Origin: a virus
Taxonomy: Duplodnaviria > Caudoviricetes
Reading direction: 5' to 3' (one strand)
Virus record (IMG/VR): IMGVR_UViG_2935124990_000001
Span: 27,888 to 91,887 of that record
DNA length: 64,000 nucleotides
Part shown: positions 1 through 7,853 of the stretch, piece by piece
How positions within the stretch are numbered: the first letter of the stretch is position 1
How the letters are laid out: every line of letters begins with the position of its first letter
Program-made: the position numbers and the translations under genes
Notes under the pieces: model-generated
Databases searched by the model: none
What the model was told of the DNA's origin: nothing
What the model saw: the letters and a program-made list of their open reading frames with translations, nothing else

Positions 1-386
1 GCCCGCTCCACCCGGATCGGGTGGACGCCCCCGGTAGTGCCCGGGGGTGCGTCGTCGGGGGCGGTGGTGGTGTCGGTGCGGCGCCCGGTACGGGCCTTCC
101 TTGCCGCACACGTACACACCACGCACCGGCAGCCGAGCACGTTGTACCGGTACTCGTCGTGCGGCACCCCCTCCCGCCGCACCTTCGCCCCCACCGTCTT
201 CGCCTCCTTCACAGCGGCCGCGAACTCCGGGTCCGTGCGCGTGTACCGGGTGGGGACTGCCCGGCTGATCTCCAACTCGTCGGCGGCGTCACCGAGGCGG
301 GCCCCGTGGCGCAGCAGGTCGAGGTACGCGGCCTGGGCGGCCGGCCCGAACACGGTGGGGCGGCCTCGGCCCCGGGTGGCGGTCAC
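1..386 (-). CDS. HTH-like phage protein with GCRCxxC metal-binding motif (3' partial)
   Basis: Own translation from GTG 386 (GTGA overlap): MTATRGRGRPTVFGPAAQAAYLDLLRHGARLGDAADELEIS...YRYNVLGCRCVVC; open to window edge. Confidence 0.65.
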   Translation of the reverse strand, partial: MTATRGRGRPTVFGPAAQAAYLDLLRHGARLGDAADELEISRAVPTRYTRTDPEFAAAVKEAKTVGAKVRREGVPHDEYRYNVLGCRCVVCTCAARKARTGRRTDTTTAPDDAPPGTTGGVHPIRVER

Positions 387-844
387 CAGGCGTCCTCGTT
401 CCGGCTGATGGTGCCGGGCTCCTCGCCCCGGTACCAGGCGGACTGTTCGGCGTCGGCAGGGTGCCGGGGTGGGTGCACGGTGGCGGACCGGGCGGCGAGG
501 CCGCCCATTGCTGTGTACCCGGCGTCGTCGAGGGCGGCCCGCAGCCGGTCCAGGGCGTCCCGTGTCCATGTTGGGCGGGCCGACAGTTTCCCGGCCTGGT
601 AGCCGACGGGGAGGGCTGCGTCCCACACGGCCTGGACCATGACCGGGTCCCAGTCGGGGAACAGGTCGGCGGGGAGCTTGCGGACGGTCCCTGCGGCTTC
701 GAGGTGGGCGGCGGCGAGGATTCCGGCGAGGTAGTCCCCGGAGGTCTGGCACCGGTCGGCGAGCACCTGGTCGACGTGGGCCGGTGACGGGGCGTCGGGG
801 GCCAGTGCGGGGGCGGAGTCCGCGGTGGTGGTGGGCTGGTTCAT
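383..844 (-). CDS. Hypothetical phage protein
   Basis: C-terminal part of ORF 383..1639 from MNQPTTT; ATGA overlap with upstream gene. Confidence 0.7.
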   Translation of the reverse strand: MNQPTTTADSAPALAPDAPSPAHVDQVLADRCQTSGDYLAGILAAAHLEAAGTVRKLPADLFPDWDPVMVQAVWDAALPVGYQAGKLSARPTWTRDALDRLRAALDDAGYTAMGGLAARSATVHPPRHPADAEQSAWYRGEEPGTISRNEDAW

Positions 845-1710
845 GCTGCGGTCTCCAGGATGCGGGTAGGGGCGGAGGCGACCATCGCCACCGGGAAGAG
901 AGGCACCGCGACGTACCGCACCACCCGCAGCCGGGCACTGGCAGCAGCCAGCTTCCGGCGCCGGGTGCGCGGTCGCGGAATGAGAGCGGTCAGCGGCAAA
1001 TCCGGGGCTATCCGGCGCTGCCGTACACCGTCCGTCGTCGGGGCGGCTGCGATGGGCCACAGCCCGTCCCACACCACCCCGGCCGCAGACGGGAGCAACC
1101 CCCGCAGGACGGCGGCCGTAAGGAGCTCGTCGCGGGTCGCGGTCTCCTTGTCCAGTTCGAGGAGCGAGCACAGGGCGGACCGGTGCCAGTTGCACGTCCG
1201 CAGGTCCATTCCCGCACGGCGTGCCACCCGCTCGTCCGCGACTTCGGCGGCCAGGGCGCGCAGCACCGCGACCTTCTGCGGGGTGCGGGCATCCACCAGG
1301 CCCTGGGCGGGTGCCACGAGCTCGGGCGCTTCCTTGACCTTCCGCTTCACCAGCGCCCGGTGTCGGGTCAGCGCCAGTTCCCCGCCGAGAATCCCTTCGG
1401 GTTCGACGAGCCGCTCGATCTGCCGGCCGTGCGCGTCGGCCTCGACCACCGTGGTGTTGCCGTAGGCGCGGCACAGGGCGAGGACCGGGCACCGCTTGCA
1501 GATGTCCTTGGCCGCCTTCTCGCGGTCCAGGCGTACCTTCTGGGGTTCCGGGCCGTCGTCGGTGTACGGGCCCCACGCGTCCAGCGGCACGTCCGGGTCC
1601 CCCGCGGACATGGTCGGCAGGTCGGGGTCGGGGGCGCATCCCCGGTACTTGTAGTGCCGGTCGTCCACCAGGCGCTGCCTCGCCGCAATCGCATCGACGG
1701 TCGTGGTCAT
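841..1710 (-). CDS. WhiB-like Fe-S transcription factor fused to LuxR-like HTH
   Basis: Four Cys (GCAP...AKDICKRCPVLALC), GILGG turn, then TPQKVAVLRALAAEVADERVARRAGMDLRT HTH; ATGA overlap. Confidence 0.75.
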   Translation of the reverse strand: MTTTVDAIAARQRLVDDRHYKYRGCAPDPDLPTMSAGDPDVPLDAWGPYTDDGPEPQKVRLDREKAAKDICKRCPVLALCRAYGNTTVVEADAHGRQIERLVEPEGILGGELALTRHRALVKRKVKEAPELVAPAQGLVDARTPQKVAVLRALAAEVADERVARRAGMDLRTCNWHRSALCSLLELDKETATRDELLTAAVLRGLLPSAAGVVWDGLWPIAAAPTTDGVRQRRIAPDLPLTALIPRPRTRRRKLAAASARLRVVRYVAVPLFPVAMVASAPTRILETAA

Positions 1711-2108
1711 GGGGTGTCCCCTTCCTGCGGGTTGTGGTGTGTGGCGCGGGCCAGCTCGGCAGTGACGACCGCGTCCGCGGCGGCCATCACCGCCAGCTCG
1801 GACGCGGCACGCCCGGTGAACTCCTCTGCGGCCCGCTGTTCGGCGACCGCAGCAGCGACCCGGGTACGGAACGCCTCCAGGTCCCGGTGATGCACCGCGT
1901 CCGCCAGCAGGGCGGCAGCGCGCTCCGCCCGCAGCACACGGCGTAGGCGGTGCAACTGCCACCACACCCGGCTAGCGCCCGCCACGACGACGAGCACCGC
2001 GGCCGCGGCGGCGTACTGCTGGGTGGTGGTCGTGGGCTTCGCCTCCTCTCCGGGGCGCCGGAACAACACGGGCACGGGCTTGGGTCTCGGGCTGGCCTTC
2101 GGGGTCAC
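1707..2108 (-). CDS. Membrane-anchored hypothetical protein
   Basis: GTG start overlapping upstream stop; one hydrophobic segment AAAAAVLVVVAG followed by a helical region. Confidence 0.6.
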   Translation of the reverse strand: MTPKASPRPKPVPVLFRRPGEEAKPTTTTQQYAAAAAVLVVVAGASRVWWQLHRLRRVLRAERAAALLADAVHHRDLEAFRTRVAAAVAEQRAAEEFTGRAASELAVMAAADAVVTAELARATHHNPQEGDTP

Positions 2109-2251
2109 CGCGGCACACCCCCGGTGGGGTTGGGCGGCAGGGGCATCCGGCCCGACCGGTACCGCCACACCGCCACCAAGAACGGCGAGGCCACCAGCAA
2201 GGACAGGACGACGTAGACCAGGGCGATGAGCACGGGGTGCCTCCAGGGCAT
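2105..2251 (-). CDS. Small membrane protein (48 aa)
   Basis: MPWRHPVLIALVYVVLSLLVASPFLVAVWRYR; coupled to next gene. Confidence 0.55.
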   Translation of the reverse strand: MPWRHPVLIALVYVVLSLLVASPFLVAVWRYRSGRMPLPPNPTGGVPR

Positions 2252-2319
2252 GGGGAACGGAACGGCCGGCCCCAGAGCGGGACCGGCCGGTGGTTTGCAG
2301 CAGGTTGGCAGTAGCCGGT

Positions 2320-3102
2320 TCAAGCAGCAGCGAACAGGGCGGACGCCGGAGCCGGCGTTGCGGAGAGCGCATCGTGCAGAACCCTTGCCAGCCGTGGGGG
2401 GCAGGCGTTCCCGATCTGCTGGGCAACGTCCTTGCCCGACCACGGGTAGTCCGCAGGGAACGACTGCAACAACCCGGCCTCCGCATGGGAGAACCGCGGC
2501 AACTCCGCACCGCCCGGACCGACGACCCGGGACCGGGACACCTTGCCCGTGACCGTTGCTGCCGGCTCGAAGCTCGTACGCCGGCCACGGTTCTTCGGGT
2601 CGCCGCCAGTGCCGTAGTTCGAGATCACCTCGAAGGGTCCGGGCCGGTCCAGCGCCTCGCCCATCGACACCCACGGCAACAACCCCGGATCACCTGCCGA
2701 GCGGGCCACACCCTTCCGGTACGGGCGGCGTGTTGGCGCTGGCAACTCAACGGGACCGTCGAGACGGGCCAGGAGCACCGACCGGCGCCGCGTCTGCGGC
2801 ACCCCGTACTGCTCCGTCCGCAACACCCCGGTAGCCACGTGATACCCCTCCGCAGTCAACAGCACCGCGTACTCGTCCCACACCTGCTGCACCTGCTGCA
2901 CCTGCTCCAGCAGGATCGTCTCGTACGGGCGGCCCATGTCCACCGCGGTCAGCGCCCACCGCAACGGCTCCAACACCAACCCGGTTCGGTCGTCGTCGAA
3001 GACGTGCGACACCTTGCGGCGGGCCGCCATGTCCCGTGCAGCCACCAGGATCCCGTCCAGGGCAGCCCGGCCGGAGCCGGCGAAGAGGTCCACAGAGGTC
3101 AT
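2320..3102 (-). pseudogene. C5 cytosine DNA methyltransferase with in-frame loss of motifs II-IV (no catalytic PC)
   Basis: DLFAGSG (I), EQV (VI), YGVPQTRRR (VIII), LQSFP (IX) and QIGNA (X) present; no Pro-Cys motif IV. Confidence 0.75.
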
Positions 3103-4100
3103 CAGGCGGCGCTCCTCTCGCGGGTGTCGGCGTGCCCGTTCCGCTCGGCCTGCCGCGCCTGCTCCTTCAGCTCCTGGATGCGGGCGGTCACCATGTCGCC
3201 GAACTGGACGACCGTGCCGCTGACCGGGCCGTCGACCTGGCGGAGCAGCTGGTTACGGCGGCTGGCCTCGGCCATGACCTTCGTGAGCTCCGTGACGTCG
3301 TTCCACCCGCGCTGCATCTGGCCGATCAGGTTGTCGATCGGGTCCGGGCCGGCGCCGTGCTCGGCAGCCACCTGCGCGGCCGCCGCCGGGGCCTCCTGCG
3401 CCTGGCGCTCCTCGCGGGCCGCCAACTCGTCCTTGAGGTGCCGACCGCGGGACACAATCAGCTCCCCGAGCGTCGTCTCCCCATCCGGGCCCTGCACCGC
3501 CGAGCCCAGAAGGCCGTCACCCTTCGCCTCCGCGTGCATCGCGGTTAGCGCCGTCACGTTGTTCCACACCGCGGGCTTCCGCAGCCGCTCCATGTAGACG
3601 TCGGCCGGCGACCGCTGCCCCACCGGGTGGTCCCGGTCCCCGTCGTCCAGCGACCCGGCATCCACCGGGATCATGAACGTCTGCATCAGGGCGTACTTCA
3701 GCGCCGCGGACATTGCTTTGTTCGACGCCTTGTCCGCCGTGTCGGATGCCTCGCCGAGCGTGCTGGTGGTGACCTTGTCGCCGGCCGGGCCGTGGAAGTG
3801 GAACGCGACCCGCATGTGGACGGCGTTCATCTTCCCGCGGACGGAGGTCTGGAAGTCGAGGATCTCCGTCATCATGAACACGCCGTGGTCGCGGAGCGGC
3901 TGGGCGAGGGCGCCGATGAAGTCGTCGACACCACGGAACTTGTAGCCCTGGTGCTTGTTCTCTCCGTTCTTGCCGACGTCTCGGACGTCGCGCATGACTA
4001 GGGCCATCAGCTCGTAGATGGTGGGAACAGCCTGGTTTTGGGTGTGCGAGGTGGGGCCCTCCGCCGTGACGCTGGCGGGGGCCTCGGTGGCCGTGGCCAT
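3102..4100 (-). CDS. ERF-family single-strand annealing protein with C-terminal extension
   Basis: VGKNGENKHQGYKFRGVDD...DKASNKAMSAALKYALMQTFMIP is typical of the ERF family. Confidence 0.85.
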   Translation of the reverse strand: MATATEAPASVTAEGPTSHTQNQAVPTIYELMALVMRDVRDVGKNGENKHQGYKFRGVDDFIGALAQPLRDHGVFMMTEILDFQTSVRGKMNAVHMRVAFHFHGPAGDKVTTSTLGEASDTADKASNKAMSAALKYALMQTFMIPVDAGSLDDGDRDHPVGQRSPADVYMERLRKPAVWNNVTALTAMHAEAKGDGLLGSAVQGPDGETTLGELIVSRGRHLKDELAAREERQAQEAPAAAAQVAAEHGAGPDPIDNLIGQMQRGWNDVTELTKVMAEASRRNQLLRQVDGPVSGTVVQFGDMVTARIQELKEQARQAERNGHADTRERSAA

Positions 4101-4175
4101 GAGGTCTCCTATGGGGTTATCGCCGCCGGTCGGCGGGCCCGGGTGTGCTCACCGGCGCCCGCCCCGGGCGGAGGG

Positions 4176-4679
4176 CTACTCGGGGTCGGACTGTTCCGTG
4201 AAGTTGTCGATGAGCCAGGACCGCAGAACCTGCGACGTGATCGGAGCCCAGTCCAGCTCCCCGTCCGCCAGCAGCTTCTGCCCGTACTCGTCGACCCGGC
4301 GGCGCAGATCTGCGTTCACCCGGATGTTCAGGTTCGCGACCGGGCCTTCGTGCTCGCCGCGGACGGGGCGCAGCGGCGTGTACTCGTCGGCGAGGAACGC
4401 GTTCAGCGCGGCCGCCGCCTCCGCAGGGAGGGACGTGCCCTTCTGCTGCACCGTGGTCTTGATCTCGTCGCGCAGGGCGCTGGGCATGCGGACCGCGAGG
4501 TTCGGGCTCTCCTGCTCCAGGTCCTTCCACCGCAGCCGGCTGACGAAGCGGGCCCCTTCGTCGGTGAGGACGAAGTCGACGGTGTCGGACAGCTCTGTGG
4601 GGGCGCCCGAACTCCTCAGGTGTGCGGAGGCCTTCTTGAGCAGGTCGACGCGGTGCTGGTCCTGGCGGCTGAGTGCCAC
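4176..4679 (-). CDS. Tandem ribbon-helix-helix DNA-binding protein
   Basis: Two RHH-like units NLAVRMPSALRDEIK and NLNIRVNADLRRRVDE; GAGG RBS before GTG 4679. Confidence 0.65.
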   Translation of the reverse strand: MALSRQDQHRVDLLKKASAHLRSSGAPTELSDTVDFVLTDEGARFVSRLRWKDLEQESPNLAVRMPSALRDEIKTTVQQKGTSLPAEAAAALNAFLADEYTPLRPVRGEHEGPVANLNIRVNADLRRRVDEYGQKLLADGELDWAPITSQVLRSWLIDNFTEQSDPE

Positions 4680-4768
4680 GGGGCGGGGTCCTCTCGGCGG
4701 GCGCCGCCCGTGCCGAGGGTGGCCGGGCGGGCGTGCATGGGCGTGTACCACGTCATCGTCCTCCATTT

Positions 4769-4787
4769 CGTATTGCTACGCCATGCC
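4769..4787 (-). promoter_or_regulatory. Operator copy 1 over leftward promoter (-35 TGGCGT, 17 bp, -10 GACGAT)
   Basis: CGTATTGC-TAC-GCCATGCC; matches the palindrome at 55793. Confidence 0.55.
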
Positions 4788-4846
4788 CGACGGGTACGGC
4801 GGCCGGGAAGCGGGTGTTCCTGGCTGATGCCAACCCTACGCGCTTT

Positions 4847-4865
4847 CGTATTGCATTGCAATGCG
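4847..4865 (+). promoter_or_regulatory. Operator copy 2 over rightward promoter (-35 TTGCAT, 17 bp, CATTGT)
   Basis: CGTATTGC-ATT-GCAATGCG; one mismatch from the perfect palindrome. Confidence 0.7.
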
Positions 4866-4910
4866 TTCTGTGTCATTGTGGTCGCACACCACAACACGCG
4901 GGGGCACCAG

Positions 4911-5357
4911 ATGCGACACACCAACCAGCAGACCAGCACCAAGACCCTCGCCGACCTCTACCGCGCCCTGGACCGCGCTAACGCCGTGACCATCACCTAC
5001 CTCAAGCCCGGCGAGACCGAGCCCACTGTGAGGACCATCGAGATCACCGAACTCCGCACCACCAGCGTGCGCATCCGCAAGGACGGCGCCGTCAAGGGCG
5101 GCGGCATCATCGTCATCGCCATGTGCCGGCTTCGGGGAGAAGCCCGGGAATTCCACCTGTCGGGCATTCTCAGCTACACCGTCCACCGCATGGCCTACGT
5201 CCTGGACCGCCCGACCCCCACCAAGTACGTCCGGCCCACCCCCGCGCCCGTCTCCGACGCGCAGGCCCTGTTCTTCTACGAGCTGGCCCGCGACCAGGAC
5301 GACGCCGACTACACCCCGCGCACCCTGATCCCGTCCGACACCAGCCTCGCCGCCTAA
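4911..5357 (+). CDS. Stand-alone WYL-domain protein
   Basis: AVTITYLKPGETEPTVRTIE...AMCRLRGEAREFHLSGI matches the WYL pattern; no HTH. Confidence 0.75.
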   Translation: MRHTNQQTSTKTLADLYRALDRANAVTITYLKPGETEPTVRTIEITELRTTSVRIRKDGAVKGGGIIVIAMCRLRGEAREFHLSGILSYTVHRMAYVLDRPTPTKYVRPTPAPVSDAQALFFYELARDQDDADYTPRTLIPSDTSLAA

Positions 5358-5371
5358 CCCGAAGGAACCCC

Positions 5372-5521
5372 ATGAACGACTGCCGCACCTGTAAAGGCGA
5401 AGGCGCCCACCCCCAGTGCGACGGGGCCGGCTGCTTCGACTGCGACCCGGACACGGGCAACTGCCCGACCTGCTGCGGAACCGGCAACGACCCCAAGCAC
5501 TGGATGCGCGCCCGCGCCTGA
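5372..5521 (+). CDS. Cys-rich microprotein with CxxCxGxG (DnaJ-like) zinc motifs
   Basis: MNDCRTCKGEG...CPTCCGTG; AAGGA RBS. Confidence 0.65.
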   Translation: MNDCRTCKGEGAHPQCDGAGCFDCDPDTGNCPTCCGTGNDPKHWMRARA

Positions 5522-5611
5522 CCTCCGCGAACTCGACCGGGACTACCTGCCGGCCCGCCGCATCGACCAGACTCACACCAGCCTCGCCGCCTGACCCCGA
5601 AAGGACCGACC

Positions 5612-5713
5612 ATGTGGACCTGCGAGAACTGCGGTACCGAAAACCAGCAGGACGACGAGCACTGCCAGAACTGTGACACCTGGCGCAGCGAGCAGGAAGA
5701 CGACAAGGAGTAG
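5612..5713 (+). CDS. 33-aa RanBP2/NZF-pattern zinc-finger microprotein
   Basis: Own translation MWTCENCGTENQQDDEHCQNCDTWRSEQEDDKE; AAAGGA RBS. Confidence 0.65.
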   Translation: MWTCENCGTENQQDDEHCQNCDTWRSEQEDDKE

Positions 5714-5717
5714 ACCG

Positions 5718-5927
5718 ATGCGATCCCTTCCCGAGCCCCGCTACCCGCTGCTCGTAGCCCTCCCTGACGGTCGGGTCCAGCACGCCGCCCGACTCGTCGG
5801 CGACGGGCCCGCCGTGAACACCCTGTGCCGGAAGCGCGGCACCCCCACCGGAGACGGCGACGGGCTCCCGTACTGCGCGGGCTGCCGCAACCGGCCCAAC
5901 CCAATCAGCCAGCAGAGCCATCTCTGA
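5718..5927 (+). CDS. Small hypothetical protein (His/Cys motif)
   Basis: AAGGAG RBS; H...LC...CAGC. Confidence 0.6.
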   Translation: MRSLPEPRYPLLVALPDGRVQHAARLVGDGPAVNTLCRKRGTPTGDGDGLPYCAGCRNRPNPISQQSHL

Positions 5928-5992
5928 CCGTCCCCTGGGCTGCTGTGTATGGCTGTGTACGGCACGGCAGCCCACAACCCGAGGAGAACACC

Positions 5993-6166
5993 ATGAGTGG
6001 CATCTACGACGACGGCGCCACCTACGGCCCGGACCCCACCAATACCGTCAACGAACCCCAGACCGACCCCATCTACGACGACGGAGACGTCTACGGGCAG
6101 CCCACCACCCGCGACGGGGCGATCGAGGTCATCGAGATCGCCGAAGCCCGCCGGGAGGCGCCGTGA
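5993..6166 (+). CDS. Small acidic protein with duplicated IYDDGxxYG motif
   Basis: GAGGAG RBS; IYDDGATYG and IYDDGDVYG. Confidence 0.6.
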   Translation: MSGIYDDGATYGPDPTNTVNEPQTDPIYDDGDVYGQPTTRDGAIEVIEIAEARREAP

Positions 6167-6363
6167 GGGACACCGCCGCCCGCATCCTCAACCGGCTCCA
6201 CCAAGAAGCCCTCGACGAGAACGAGGAACGCGACTGGTACCGCACCGGGCGCATCCCCTGCCACGACTGCGGTACCAACGTCCGCACCAAGACGCTGGAG
6301 TCCCTCCCGCCGCACAACTGCACGCAACGTCAACAGGAAGCGCGAACCGGCCTGAACGGGTGA
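6163..6363 (+). CDS. Small zinc-binding hypothetical protein
   Basis: GTGA overlap; CHDC...HNC. Confidence 0.6.
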   Translation: MRDTAARILNRLHQEALDENEERDWYRTGRIPCHDCGTNVRTKTLESLPPHNCTQRQQEARTGLNG

Positions 6364-6382
6364 GAGCAGCCCAGGCATACCG

Positions 6383-6413
6383 AAGGCCACCGCCCCGTCC
6401 GGGTGGTGGCCTT
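6383..6413 (+). terminator. Intrinsic terminator-like hairpin
   Basis: AAGGCCACCGCCC / GGGTGGTGGCCTT after the WYL microgene cluster. Confidence 0.55.
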
Positions 6414-6493
6414 GCTCACGGGCACAACCGTGAGATCACGGCGATTGTAGACCGCCCCTCGCACCAGCCGCCACCAAACCGGACACTAACCCC

Positions 6494-6701
6494 ATGGCCC
6501 GCGACAACCGGAACTCCCAAGCCCACCCTCATCGACGACCCCAACACCGGCTACCGGCACCGGTACTGCCGACGCTGCGGACGCCCCCTGACCGTGCTCA
6601 GCTCACGGTTGAATGGGTACGGCCCGGCCTGCGACCCCAACCGGCACCCCGGTGCGGCAGCACCCCACGAAGTCGACCAAGATGCTATCCCCGGCACCTG
6701 A
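6494..6701 (+). pseudogene. DUF6011-like zinc-finger protein with apparent 1-nt frameshift
   Basis: CRRCGRPLTVLSSRLNGYGPAC is out of frame with the only nearby ATG (6494); removing one A in CCCAAGCCC fuses them. Confidence 0.45.
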
Positions 6702-6707
6702 CCGGCC

Positions 6708-7853
6708 TCACACGCCCGCAGGCGGCCCGTCCAGCGGCACCACCGTCACCGACCGGCGAACCTGCTCCATCCGCACCGGCAACGGCTCCCACCCCCGCGA
6801 CCCCGCCATCACCCAGTTCAAGGCCGCAATGCCCTTCGTGTACGACCGGCGCAACCCATCCGGCAACAACCGCACCCCCGCCGGGCCCGCCTTCGACGCC
6901 TGCAACGTCACCCACAACCCCCGCCGCGACCCCGTCAACGGCAGGTCCTCGACCACCTGCTCCCGCACCTCCAGCCAGCGGCGCACCGCCACCCGCGACC
7001 CCTCCCGCAGCGCATACCACTCCACCTCCGGTGCCGGCCCCAACTCCTCAACCGCCGCCAGCACCCGCTGCCTCGTCGCCTCCGACCGGGCCTCCAAGCG
7101 CCCGCCGAGCACCGCCTTCACCGACTCCGGATGCACCTCGGCGAGGGCGGCGATCTCCTCCACCCGGTTCGCCGGCCCCTTCTGCTGCCGCCGCCGCACC
7201 CCCACCGCCGACAAGTCCTCCGCCAGGTCGTCCACGTTCACCGAAGCCAGCTCACCCGACCTCGGCCCCGCATCCAGCACCACCGCCACCATCGCCAACA
7301 GCCGGGCACGCTGCTCGAACGACATGCCCACACCATCCCGCGACAACGGGCCCCGGGCGGCCAGGTCCACCATCCCCCGGTACAGCGCCTCCAACGACCG
7401 GGCCTCGACCATCGGCTTCAACTCGGGCTGCGGCAGCACCGGCAACACCAACCCCACCCCAGGGGCTACCACCGGGCCGAGCAGGGCCACACAGTCCAGG
7501 AACACCCGCTGCGACGCCAACGGCACAGCCCGGCCCCGGTCCTCCGCCCGGTAACGCAACTCCCCGGCCGCCACCAGGTCGAACACCGCCCCCAACACCT
7601 CCGGGGCGAACAGCCGGCCCGCCGACCGCAACACCCGCCCGCCGGCCACCTCCGGGCGGCCCACCGCACGGTCGAACATCCCCACCACCGCCCACAACTG
7701 GTGGGCCCGCTGCTGTGACACCTGCACCGGAACACCACCAGCCCCCGGCACCCGCAACCGCCCCTCCCACCGGCCGGCATCACGCGGCGCGACCCGCTCC
7801 ACCACCGCGGCGAGCTGCCGCACCGCCGGGGAACCGTACTGCCTGGGCGTCAC
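6708..7853 (-). CDS. Tyrosine-recombinase-like protein lacking the catalytic C-terminus, with an inserted LacI-like HTH
   Basis: RARLLAMVAVVLDAGPRSGEL box I; ends shortly after MEQVRRS with no Tyr; insert EEIAALAEVHPESVKAVLGG...SEATRQRVLAAVEELG. Confidence 0.75.
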   Translation of the reverse strand: MTPRQYGSPAVRQLAAVVERVAPRDAGRWEGRLRVPGAGGVPVQVSQQRAHQLWAVVGMFDRAVGRPEVAGGRVLRSAGRLFAPEVLGAVFDLVAAGELRYRAEDRGRAVPLASQRVFLDCVALLGPVVAPGVGLVLPVLPQPELKPMVEARSLEALYRGMVDLAARGPLSRDGVGMSFEQRARLLAMVAVVLDAGPRSGELASVNVDDLAEDLSAVGVRRRQQKGPANRVEEIAALAEVHPESVKAVLGGRLEARSEATRQRVLAAVEELGPAPEVEWYALREGSRVAVRRWLEVREQVVEDLPLTGSRRGLWVTLQASKAGPAGVRLLPDGLRRSYTKGIAALNWVMAGSRGWEPLPVRMEQVRRSVTVVPLDGPPAGV

